A stretch of DNA of 42,326 bases from Nemertoderma westbladi (GCA_032718475.1 JAUCBJ010001364.1:1-42326), one strand, 5' to 3'; shown: positions 1 through 10,481, counted from the stretch's first letter. Made by a program: numbers and translations. Notes: generated by a model from the letters alone, not told the origin.

Positions 1-2309
1 TTGCTGCATTTGATTCGGTAATTTGTAATTTTAAAAGGGTCAAACAAATCACAATGGTCTTGCTTTCAATTTATAGATAACACTTTAACGCTGAATCATG
101 TATTGTAGAGATACATATAGCACGTGCAGCAGGGTACCTTAACTATTAAGGACTATACGTATCTCGGCTGTGTGGATGCAATTTATCGGGCAATATCACT
201 GACTTGATTACAACAAATGTGTTTCGTAAGTATAAACTGTTCCTTTCAAGTTGTGGGAAAAGGCAATATCTCTGTATTTATGATTTACTGTGAATTATAT
301 CCAACAATGAAAATGTGAATTTGAACTGAATTATGAAAATAACGCGGTCATGTCTGACTACGGACTAATAAAACTTTATTTTACCAACTGTCATTGGAAT
401 AAGTGTTATTGCGTAGGTGAGGTAGTTATAGCACAATAATAGGCTGATAGGGTGTCATACAAACCAATGAGTTGGATTGAGACAACTAACAATTATTGGT
501 ATATGACTAACTCACCAGTCTGCTCGTATTATCATTGAGAATAACAACCAGTTTAGTTTGCGATCTTTGATGTTCAATGTTATTGATACATTTGAATAAT
601 AACAAACAAATAATTAATGCAAATTAACACTAATCCGTAGACTGTACCATACCGTACAGACCGTACCGGTAATAATTCAGGTCTCTATAATTTACAATAC
701 TCAGCGGAAATGCCACCTACTAAATTCATAGTCAAGTAACAAGACAGAGATGCATTGGACTAAAGGCGTTATTATAGTTTCCACTGAAGCCTGTTAAAGT
801 CATCTAATTGGTTGGAAGGGAAACCAATAGGAACAACGTTAGTTCTAATTATTCTGATTTAAAGGAAATTATACCGCGCAAGGCGAAATAAGTAACTATA
901 GTTAAATCATTATAGTAACTCAATGTTAAAACTAATACACTTCACTATAAACATGTTTGGGACTTCTAATTCCCAAACACCGTTCCCAGAAGGATGAGGG
1001 AAATTTATGAATACAAATTCGAAAATAGTATTTAAAATATTATTTCTTCGTGGTAATCAAAATGACCTCACCCTTCTCCAAATATCTAGGGATTAGAAGG
1101 CGAGACCATATAAGTGTCATTATAGTTCTGGTTTAGGTTTGCCGTGTATCTTATGCCTTGTGGTGAGTTTGAAGGCTTGACGCCGCTCTGACCTGGGAAC
1201 CACAGGGACTATAGATTCCGAGGACTGTCGCTCTCAGGATTAGGTTTTGGAAGGTGGAGTTGCAGAACGTCATCTGGGATTGACGGCTTGCCCGTAAATC
1301 CGACCGTGGAAGTGTCTGCAAGGTTGGGGTTGATCGCAGCCACCTTGATAATCGATCTAGGTCTTCACGTAGCTCATTCGGACCCCAGGATTGGAAACAA
1401 GCTTTAGTGACCACCTTTCTGGATGGAAATCACGAACGTTTAGTGACACCAAGAGAGCGTTTGGGCGGCAACACCATTTAACGATGACCTCCACATGATT
1501 AGTCTGCTCTGTGGCGCCGTAAGTAAATTCGTATGAAGGTAAGTTCAGCCACCTTCGTTCGTAATTATTCGAGGTCTTTGTTGGTAGAAATTCAGTTATA
1601 TTATGACTGGGAAGCAAATGCGAATGCGTGAGGACAAACAATTAAGGGGATGTTTTCTAAACAGTTACAAACAATATTATCAAAATGTTTGTGTAATATC
1701 TCCAGCTTTAGAATGCCCAGTGGATTTAATAATAGTAGAAGTTCGCATCCACTCCAGGCTCCTTTACATGTCATTGTAGTTAAGTTATTCAGTATGTTCC
1801 ATACAGAAATAAACATAAAAAATAATGTTACTGGAGCGTGACGTAGAAAGGGCAGTCAACATCGAGGTTTCGGATGACGTCTGAATATATCCGATTTGGT
1901 TGAACGCGTTGCCCTTCGTCCGTTCCAAAATGGCTGTACCCAGGAAGCATCTGTTAAAGATGTGAAAGGTTATGTCAACGTTGTAAGGTTGTGGTATGGA
2001 AGAACATCATACAGTATTTCTTACGAAGTGAAGGGTTGGTCGTTATAGTTGGGTTGCATAGATGTCAGTAATTTAGCGTATACATTACTGAGCAGATGAC
2101 TCATCTAACAATATCATCATCGGGTCATTGGTGTCGCGGTTGAACTCATAAACTGAATCTAAATCTTTCAAAATTTCCTGTTATACACTTGTTATATATA
2201 GTCTTCTGATAACTGTCGCCAATGAGTACAGTGATCGTAATTGTTACTATAAGTTGTTATCATCACATATCGATATAATAAGTAAGTACCGGAGTAGCTA
2301 AATAAATAT

Positions 2310-2505
2310 CGTGGGTTCTTCAGCTGACGGTGCTGCACAAAAATCCTCAGCACGATTCGAACTGGAGTTCTCTTGAGCGCACGAGAAATCCGAGTTGCCT
2401 TTGGCCGCGCTAACGCCTCTCGACTCCCATGTACTTGCCAACAGATGTGGTTGAAAGAAGGAGAAGGTGGCTAGCGCGCATGGAAAACCCAATGCCATGC
2501 AGTCT
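2310..2505 (-). repeat. Copy B of a duplicated GC-rich, probably structured element
   Basis: Shares AACGCCTCTCGACTCCCATG, TACTTGCCAACAGATGTGGTTGAAAG and GAGAAGGTGGCTAGCGCGCA with 3379-3523 and carries an extra ~50 nt. Confidence 0.9.
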
Positions 2506-3152
2506 ATTTTTTTTTTTTTTTTGTGAGGGTTTACTGGATCCGAGTTAGCCAAAATAATTGTATGGAAGTTATCTCAAATCCGCTACTGTAACACCCATAG
2601 ATAGATTGTTCGGGATGTTGTCAATCATACGGTGCTACATACATACAACAAACAAAGTGATATCAGTTGCTGTTATTTGGTGTTTACTAAAGTGCCACAA
2701 AGGTGTATCAATTGGAACACTCCATGTGATTGATTAATAACTTGAATTGCGTTTCCACAGCTTTAAATTTATAAATTATTTAAATTTAATTTTAAGTTGT
2801 GGCAGTTTAGTAAACGAGCGTAGAGTTAGAGAATTGCTCATTCACTCAGATCTGGGCTTATTGCGCTATAACTAAGTCTTTAAAATTAAATCTAATGACA
2901 GTTGGTTTGATATTTTGATTTAACATTTTATTGTAGACCATCTAAATTATTGGCCGTTCCCGTAATCTTGTGATTACTTGCGTTATGGGTATTTTATAAT
3001 CCATTCCTGTGGTCTTGGATTATTTGTTTCACTATTATTTTCATTGGGAACCAAGTTGACAATTAAAATAGATTGATTGCCGTTCCCATAAATTTTGATT
3101 TATTTTGACTTTAATAATGATATTAATAATTTATCAGTTTGTTAAATAAAGG

Positions 3153-3309
3153 GGGTACTAACAATACTTATATTGTTGTACCCGTAAGACATCTCTTGCT
3201 ATGCATTGCTTGATGCATAGCAAGACCAAGGTTAAATCAGCAAGTTTTATGTTGCTGTAAGGACATCTCTTATGGTACAATATTTAAGGTACCATAAGAC
3301 CAAGGTTAA
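3153..3309. repeat. Two tandem hairpin-linker-hairpin modules with conserved linkers and different stems
   Basis: GTAAG(G)ACATC-[TCTT stem AAGA]-CCAAGGTTAA occurs twice, with perfect stems 3194-3206/3213-3225 and 3268-3278/3289-3299. Confidence 0.85.
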
Positions 3310-3378
3310 TAAAATCAACAATTAGTTGAATTGTTTTGGGGAACATAATTTATGTACCCTAAGATTTCATACAGCGCC

Positions 3379-3523
3379 CGTGGCTCTTCAGCCACCGGAC
3401 TGAAACCCGAGTAGCCCCTGGCCGTGCCAACGCCTCTCGACTCCCATGTCATGTACTTGCCAACAGATGTGGTTGAAAGTAAGAGAAGGTGGCTAGCGCG
3501 CAAGGAAAACCCGAGGCCAGTCT
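3379..3523 (-). repeat. Copy A of the duplicated GC-rich element
   Basis: Direct repeat of 2310-2505. Confidence 0.9.
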
Positions 3524-3836
3524 TTTCTGGGCGGATTCCAGTATTAATAATATAACTATCAATTCGATCAGAGGATTATATTATAGTTAGGCCTATGCTA
3601 TTTGTAAATTATTACATTAATAATTATACTTTAACAATAGCGCTTAAGTGAATTAAAATTGAAATTGGTTAATAAAGCGTACTTAATTATTTATATAATA
3701 AAAAGTATGTACATTTATCATTTAATAATAAATCTAATACCACAACTAATACCTACAACAACTAATTATTTGAATTAACCAATACCCGTTCCCACGATCG
3801 AGAACCTACATAGAACTCAATCGTTTTACAATTAGT

Positions 3837-6800
3837 TTATTCGGTAATTAGGTAGTTCAAATCCTCAGGTCTCACTTCCTGTTTGCCATAGTTTCCAGAC
3901 TCCTCCCGTGCCATTTCTAATAAGCATAGCCGGCCAATAGGGCGATGAAGAGTCTGTGGCTCAAATTTGATTCCCTTTGCTTTGGTTTTGCGACGCATGA
4001 CAATAATGTCAACTGCTCGCACAAGACCATCGTCGGAAATGTGGATTTTGCTGATCCGACCTGTTTGCCATTTCTTACGTGGCAAATCCTTATCCATCAG
4101 GAGTATCATGTCATTGACTTTGACATTTTTCTTCTCGGCAAACCATTTGGTGCGCAACTGTATGGTTGGCAGGTAATATCTCTCGAAGTGAATGGTAAAT
4201 CTTTCCGACAGTAACTGCATCAGTTGCCACTTGGTGCGCAAATACTCATCACCCTGCTCTGGTTTAGACACTGGCAACATTACTACTGGCTTTTTCAGTA
4301 AAAAATGTGCAGGTGTCAGTGCTTCTAAGGATTTCGGCTCCGAAGAAATGGGCATGAGAGGTCTGTCGTTAAGATATGCTGCTATTTCTTCTAATAGGGT
4401 GCGGAGCAATTCATCATTCAGCGGTGTCTGACAGGGTACTACGTGGTGGAAGGCGGTCTTGACACTCCGGATCAGTCTCTCCCAACTGCCTCCCCACCAA
4501 GGAGCATCAGCTGCATTAAATCTCCAGGAGGAAGCAGTCACCTTGAGTTGTTCCTCTAGTTGCTCCTCATTCCATTTATCTACATAAGTGGAAATTTCAT
4601 TGTTAGCACCAATAAAATTTGTTCCCTTATCAGAACGGATCGTCTGGCTTGTGCCAAAGCGCGCAATCTGACGACGCAGGCATAACAGGAAACTAGCCAT
4701 TGAAAGGTCATTTACTATGTCTAAGTGTATAGCTCTACAAGTGAGACATACAAAAATAACACACCAGCGCTTGATCATTGTGCGTGCTCGTTTCACCTCA
4801 ATCGGCCCAAAGAGGTCGACTCCCGTGTTGGTAAATGGGGGCTCGTAACCACTTACCCGTTCTTTTGGTAATTCGGCCTCCCTCTGAGTCAGTGGCTGAC
4901 TGTATAAGCGCCTACAAGGTATACAGTTACGAAGTACCTTATGTAAAGCCTTCCGTGGTTTGACTAAATAATACCTTGTCCGAATTTCACTCAGTATACG
5001 TTCACGCCCTGCGTGATACAGATTGGTATGTATATCCTGAATAAGCATCCGTTGTATTTTCGGTTGAGACACTATGATGGGGTACATAGTGTCAACCGAG
5101 ATGGGGGCATTTGTCAAGCGTCCACCCACTCGTATGAGTCCATCTAACATGGTGCTTGTAAATTTGTCAGGTAACCGCATGTCAGGGTTGTCAATTAGTT
5201 TCTTGTATTTCAGTGGGTCATCATGGGCTTGCATAAGCCTCAATACTTGTTTGTTGGTTGTTTCCAACTCCTCACCTGTGACCTTCTGTCTAATTTTCCT
5301 AACTTTATTAGCAGACACAATTCTCTTACCATCTGAGTCGAAAAGGGGGTAAAAGAGTTTCTTACCTGGCTGTTTATTTAATGGTTTTGACAAAATAATT
5401 TTCAAGTCTTGAGCTAGTGCAACGTCCTTTCTAACCGAATACTTTATATGGAAACACCTCTTCAAATAAGTTAATGCCTTACACAGGCGATGCCAAGAAC
5501 TGTAGTGGTTCAGAGCATTAATTATTAGAGGCGATAAACCTGGTTTTAGATTTGGACGGTCGTTATTGACCCAGGGTAGGGCTGAGTCACTCACCGTATT
5601 ACTTTCATTTAGTAACCCTCGAAGATCATTTCCTGATTCTTTAACTGAGGTACCGGTAGGCCTATAATCAGATTGATCCAGAGGTTCGTCCACATCTGTG
5701 AGCTCCCCATCTGTTAACAAGACTGACATGTCCAATGGACGGAATAATTTGGACTTTATGGCATTTTTTCGAGGTCTTACAATTTCTGCACCCTTAGCAG
5801 CTCTAATTTCTGCAGTAGAGAGGTTACGGGGCCACTCAGACTCTGGTTTCTTTAAAAATTCAGGCCCGCCTAACCAACAAGAGGTCGATATAAGTTCTTG
5901 GGGAGTTGCTCCTCGAGATGCGATATCGGCCGGGTTTAAGATTCCTGGGCAATGCCGCCATTGTTCTTCAGTACTTCGGCTCAAGATCTTTTTCACTCGG
6001 TTGGTTATAAACACGCTAAATTGACAGACATGATTGGTCAAATATTCGAGTACAAGTACAGCATCAGTCCAATAGTAGGTTTTCTCGATTTTATATGTGG
6101 TTTGTTCTAGAATGTTCCTCGCAATTTGGGAGGAGTAAAGTGCCGCCTTCAACTCAGCTCGAGGGGGTGTTAACTTATTGGAAATTAGTGCTTTCGATGC
6201 GACTAGGGAGACACGGACATCTGTAGGTGTTTGGACCCGAAAATATGCCACAATGCCGAGGCCTATATCGCTTGCATCTCCGAATGCATGAAGTTGGTAG
6301 GAGTAGTCGGGGAGTACGTGTCCGAAGTAAGTACGGGGAATCCTCATTCTCTCGATGTCAGGCAATGAATCTTCCCACTTATACCAACGTGCTAACAAGT
6401 CACCGCACAAGGGGTCATCCCAGGAGTTGTTCTCACTCCACATTTCCTGAACGAGTCCTCTTGCTGTAAGAATGACAGGGCTAATGAACCCAATCGGATC
6501 AAAGTAACTACTGAGAATACTTAGGCAGATGCGCTTTGTCCGCACACGTTCAGGTCTTATTTTCAACTTGAAACACATCTCATCTGTTTCTGTTAACCAT
6601 TTAAGACCCAATGTTTTAGTATCAGGTAACTCGTCCCTAACTAGGTCTAGTTCCTTATTTCCTCTCTCAGCAGGGTCAATAGATTCGAGGAACTCTCGGC
6701 TATTGCTAGTAAACTTCGTTAAATGAAATCCACCTCTCTTCAGACAGTCAACAGTGCCATGTGCAACACTGATGGCCTCTGCAACAGTTGGCACCGACTT

Positions 6801-9563
6801 AAGATTATCATCCATATAAATGTCCCTTTCTATGTTCTCAATGACAGCTGGGGAGAAGTCCTTTCGATTATGATGGGCAGTGGTTCGTATAATGGAGCAC
6901 GCATTTGAGGGACTTGATATAATACCAAATGCTTGTATCGCCATGCGATATTCCAGTGGCTCCTTAGACAGATCTCCATCAGGCCACCATAAGAATCGGA
7001 GGCTATCACGATCCTCAACTAAGGATTTCACCTGCAAAAACATCCCTTCTATATCAGAAGCGAAAGCAATTGAATATTGGCGCAATCTGATTAAAATACC
7101 TAACAGTTGTCGTAAGAAGTTTGGGCCTGGCATCAATTCAGTATTGAGTGATTGACCTCGGAATAGTGCTGACCCATCAAAGACAACACGTACTTGGTTG
7201 GGTTTGTCTGCTCTCTCCACATAGTGATGTGTTAAATAATATGTTCGGTCCGTGGTTTCCAGAACATTCGGGACCCTTTCAGCATAACCATTGTCGATAT
7301 ATTTATTCATCTGTGTATTATACATCTGATGAGCCATTGGGTTGGCCTTTAGGCGTTTCTTCAGTTGGGCTGCTCGCTTTACTGCTAATGTCCTATTATT
7401 ATGGAACACTGGTTTACCATTCTTCCACAGGAGACCTATCTCATACCGTCCTTCTTCTGGAAGAAATTTAGTTGTGGATTTTTGAATATGGATGGCGCGT
7501 TCCTCTTGCACAGACAGTGCTTTATCAAATGAGTTGGGTTCCATAGCATCTTGTGACATCCATGCTCTGATATGTTCATCAAGAATATTCTGACGTAACT
7601 TATCTGCAGCTTCACTTAAGTCATCGTAAGTGTCTGGTGAAGAGGTCCATTTAGTGAAATGACATATCTCCTGTTGATGTAGTAACATGTCGCCATCATC
7701 GATCAATCGACTAGCTTCTTCACAATCATAGAAGACTCGTTCATCATCATTGTTTGATGAAGGCTCACTGGGTGAATCAGACTGGAGGTCAAATTCATCT
7801 GTTTCCTCAAAAATTGAACACTTGGTAGTCATGTTACATTGAAGGGTTTCAGATCGGCTCTCTCGTTCAGCCAAAGTTTTAGCTGATGGTCCAGTACAAA
7901 ACCAGCCGATCCTTGTCCTTCCGGCATAAGTCGTCAAAGGCAGAGGATGTGGTGGTCGTTTCTCGAGTGTTTCAAGTGCTTCATGAGCATTCTGCCCAAT
8001 AAGCATTTGCACTCCCGGATAGTCAACTGGATATCGAGGGACTTTGAATTGTTGAATAAGGTTGTCTTCATCCCAATTATATAAGCCAGCTTGGCTGCGA
8101 GCAAAATTGGGGATGGCTACCATTTTGATGTTTCTCAAACAGTCCTTACCATTAATATCCCATGGTGTTGATAGAGCTCCCTTGCAATAGTTAGTACTAA
8201 CTGTCGACTTCCATACTTGCATAATTCCTGATAGTTGCAGTTTCATGGGGAATTTGTATTTGTCTCTAAACAAGATGTTGGCTAAATCTTCATCAATAAA
8301 TGTTCCGGTACTACCTGTGTCCATGAGTGCATTTATAATGACACTGGAGTGGGGTGTGTGCAAACGAAGTTGGACCACAGGAAATTCACGGATACCATAT
8401 TTGGGTCGATGGATGCGCTTACTCACCTGCGCATGAGCTGGGTTGTTTAGTTCATCATCATTAGTGTCTGATGGAGTTTCATATGTTAGTGCCTTGTATA
8501 TGGCTGAATGACACATATTACACAATTCATCCTCATCAGAAAATTCTCCGGGGACAAAATCCGCCGCATCAGATGAGGTGTTCGAGTCATAGCAGTCGCT
8601 AAATTGAACATGATATTCTGGGTCCCTTACCTTAGGTTGATCTATATGTAACAGAGCATGATGTCTTTCACTACATTTTGGACATTTTGTTTCAAACCGA
8701 CATTTGTTTCTCAAATGTCCAGATTGTAAACAAACGAAACAGAGTCCAAGTGACCTCACAGTAGCCCTTCTTTCCTTAAGCGTTTTCTTGAAAAATTCTG
8801 GGCAACGTGATAGTCGGTGCGTCTCCTTACATAAAGAGCAATTTCGTGTAGACAGACTGTCTGTATTAGATTGTACATTTTGCACCTTCAAGGGATAAGT
8901 GTCGGCTCCGGAATGCTTGTCTCTACTAGGGGCACTAGATTTGTAACTAACTTGACCGGATTTAGGTGGTGTACTTGGTCCAGTCCTCAGCTTACCAGTC
9001 GGTTTAGTATAATATACTTCACTCGCACTATCCCTACCCATATCCTCACCTGGCGATGAATAGCTTTCACTGTCTACATGGTATACAGTTCCTCGCTTTC
9101 TGGTCACAAACCTTTCACTGACCTTTGGTTCATTGCGTTCCCTTTGGTCACGCATCAATTGCAGTTTTACTTCTTCCTTCAGGAATTTGGTAAAATCTTG
9201 CATTTTTGGTTCTCTATTTTGGCTACGTTCCAGATGGAGGACATGTTTATCCCACCTGTTTCCTACATTGCCCTTGGGTAGGTTGTTGGCTATCATATTT
9301 ACAACCATGGTTGTATCATAAACATCAGTTCTACTTAACCAGTCTAATTGCCGGCACATCTCTTGAATTTCGTCAGCAAATTCAATCAGTCCAGCGGCTG
9401 TGATACGCTTTCGGGCAACTAACCTTTCATAGATATATCTAGCTATGTTAGTTTTGTTACCATAACGTTCACATAAATTACTCCAACATTGCTGCAATCC
9501 TCCAGGGTGACCAATATATTTCATAGCCATAGCTCTGGGGGCTCCTTCCAAACAGTCAATCAA
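3837..9563 (-). CDS. BEL/Pao LTR retrotransposon Gag-Pol polyprotein (single ORF, N-terminally truncated)
   Basis: Three Gag zinc knuckles (CSLCKETHRLSRC, CFVCLQSGHLRNKC, CPKCSERHHALLH), protease ALMDTGS, RT IYMDD, RNase H (LHAFGDAS, PRAELKAA, YWTDA, NPADIASRG), integrase HHCC plus GVDLFGP/SDKGTNF/WERL. The PR-RT-RH-IN order and triple knuckle are typical of BEL/Pao. The frame stays open upstream to about 9598 (LSDGEKLRFLIDCLEG) before a stop. Confidence 0.97.
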   Translation of the reverse strand: MIDCLEGAPRAMAMKYIGHPGGLQQCWSNLCERYGNKTNIARYIYERLVARKRITAAGLIEFADEIQEMCRQLDWLSRTDVYDTTMVVNMIANNLPKGNVGNRWDKHVLHLERSQNREPKMQDFTKFLKEEVKLQLMRDQRERNEPKVSERFVTRKRGTVYHVDSESYSSPGEDMGRDSASEVYYTKPTGKLRTGPSTPPKSGQVSYKSSAPSRDKHSGADTYPLKVQNVQSNTDSLSTRNCSLCKETHRLSRCPEFFKKTLKERRATVRSLGLCFVCLQSGHLRNKCRFETKCPKCSERHHALLHIDQPKVRDPEYHVQFSDCYDSNTSSDAADFVPGEFSDEDELCNMCHSAIYKALTYETPSDTNDDELNNPAHAQVSKRIHRPKYGIREFPVVQLRLHTPHSSVIINALMDTGSTGTFIDEDLANILFRDKYKFPMKLQLSGIMQVWKSTVSTNYCKGALSTPWDINGKDCLRNIKMVAIPNFARSQAGLYNWDEDNLIQQFKVPRYPVDYPGVQMLIGQNAHEALETLEKRPPHPLPLTTYAGRTRIGWFCTGPSAKTLAERESRSETLQCNMTTKCSIFEETDEFDLQSDSPSEPSSNNDDERVFYDCEEASRLIDDGDMLLHQQEICHFTKWTSSPDTYDDLSEAADKLRQNILDEHIRAWMSQDAMEPNSFDKALSVQEERAIHIQKSTTKFLPEEGRYEIGLLWKNGKPVFHNNRTLAVKRAAQLKKRLKANPMAHQMYNTQMNKYIDNGYAERVPNVLETTDRTYYLTHHYVERADKPNQVRVVFDGSALFRGQSLNTELMPGPNFLRQLLGILIRLRQYSIAFASDIEGMFLQVKSLVEDRDSLRFLWWPDGDLSKEPLEYRMAIQAFGIISSPSNACSIIRTTAHHNRKDFSPAVIENIERDIYMDDNLKSVPTVAEAISVAHGTVDCLKRGGFHLTKFTSNSREFLESIDPAERGNKELDLVRDELPDTKTLGLKWLTETDEMCFKLKIRPERVRTKRICLSILSSYFDPIGFISPVILTARGLVQEMWSENNSWDDPLCGDLLARWYKWEDSLPDIERMRIPRTYFGHVLPDYSYQLHAFGDASDIGLGIVAYFRVQTPTDVRVSLVASKALISNKLTPPRAELKAALYSSQIARNILEQTTYKIEKTYYWTDAVLVLEYLTNHVCQFSVFITNRVKKILSRSTEEQWRHCPGILNPADIASRGATPQELISTSCWLGGPEFLKKPESEWPRNLSTAEIRAAKGAEIVRPRKNAIKSKLFRPLDMSVLLTDGELTDVDEPLDQSDYRPTGTSVKESGNDLRGLLNESNTVSDSALPWVNNDRPNLKPGLSPLIINALNHYSSWHRLCKALTYLKRCFHIKYSVRKDVALAQDLKIILSKPLNKQPGKKLFYPLFDSDGKRIVSANKVRKIRQKVTGEELETTNKQVLRLMQAHDDPLKYKKLIDNPDMRLPDKFTSTMLDGLIRVGGRLTNAPISVDTMYPIIVSQPKIQRMLIQDIHTNLYHAGRERILSEIRTRYYLVKPRKALHKVLRNCIPCRRLYSQPLTQREAELPKERVSGYEPPFTNTGVDLFGPIEVKRARTMIKRWCVIFVCLTCRAIHLDIVNDLSMASFLLCLRRQIARFGTSQTIRSDKGTNFIGANNEISTYVDKWNEEQLEEQLKVTASSWRFNAADAPWWGGSWERLIRSVKTAFHHVVPCQTPLNDELLRTLLEEIAAYLNDRPLMPISSEPKSLEALTPAHFLLKKPVVMLPVSKPEQGDEYLRTKWQLMQLLSERFTIHFERYYLPTIQLRTKWFAEKKNVKVNDMILLMDKDLPRKKWQTGRISKIHISDDGLVRAVDIIVMRRKTKAKGIKFEPQTLHRPIGRLCLLEMAREESGNYGKQEVRPEDLNYLITE

Positions 9564-9743
9564 AAACCTTAACTTCTCACCATCAGAAAGTACCCGAATT
9601 TAGAAATCCACAGGTTAATAGCATCAAGACTGATCCTGACTCGTTAGACGTTAATGAGGAACTTCATCACCTCCATGAATCCAAAATTAAGAGTAAGCAA
9701 GAAATTGAAAATCTTCAACAAGACATAACAAACATGCGCACTA

Positions 9744-9946
9744 TGGGATCCCCAGCCTTTAACGGTTTTCTATGGGATCCGCGGATTACAAATTTGCAAT
9801 CGGCGGATACCATATATAGAGACTATGATAAGATCCATAGATCCGTGTTTCTAGGTTCCCTGGATCCTACTGAGATCCGTCATTGTTTCAATGGGATCCG
9901 CAACAGGATCCGCGGAATTTATTAGGATCCTCGTTTTACAAGCTGA
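9744..9946. repeat. GGATCC/AGATCC motif cluster, probable DNA-transposon subterminal region or MITE
   Basis: About nine GATCC motifs in ~190 bp; weak inverted ends (CAGCCTTTAACG / CGTTTTACAAGCTG). Confidence 0.5.
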
Positions 9947-10481
9947 CAAGAGTAGAAATATTTCATCCTCATTTTCTTTGTCTCTATTTTGAATGTCTGA
10001 CCCTTACATTGCGATAACTTTCGAATGTGTTTGTATATGAAAATGTATCAAAGTACACGCGTACCTTTATATTTCTATGCCTTCGCTATGTAATTTGGAC
10101 ATTAAAGATATTGTTCTAAAGGTACTTATATTCCCAGAGAAAAAGCAATAGAAAATCGGAAGGTTAAAAATTAAATTAGAACACCGCCGTTCCATAAAGT
10201 ATACAGTAGGTGAAAATATGCCACAATTTATGAAAAGTAACTATTTACAAAATAGCGAATGATCTACTACTTTATTTTACAGTAAGATATGTTATATACT
10301 GTAGGTCCGAGCGTCTCTATTTTTTGTCTCTATTTTAAACATGAATAACGTGATGATGGTTGCTGATTAGTAGCCTTTTCCGAACACATCACAGTTTTCT
10401 ACAAAATGGAATATAGGTACCGGTACCGCCGGTAACTTAAACTTTATTAACTTTCGTTTTGATTGCTTACATTTTTATTTA

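Larger units (their letters stand above)
1..9598 (-). mobile_element. BEL/Pao element body, lacking the 5' LTR and start of gag; 3' region probably extends past the left window edge
   Basis: Gag-Pol ORF. No LTR pair or PBS seen. Membership of 1-3836 is inferred from adjacency and shared internal motifs (CCGTTCCC at 980, 2954, 3080, 3786). Confidence 0.6.

Noticed and set aside
3361-3400. Hammerhead ribozyme suggested by CUGAAGA in both duplicated elements
   Set aside because: No stem II directly followed by GAAA and no matching cleavage triplet; copy B lacks a downstream GAAA.
2310-3523. Duplicated element as the LTR pair of the BEL element
   Set aside because: Both copies lie on the same side of pol, lack TG...CA ends and have no PBS, PPT or TSD.
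3945-9403. Many short plus-strand ORFs over the BEL gene, and antisense ORFs over ATF2 and CR1
   Set aside because: Antisense shadows of long coding frames with no recognisable motifs.
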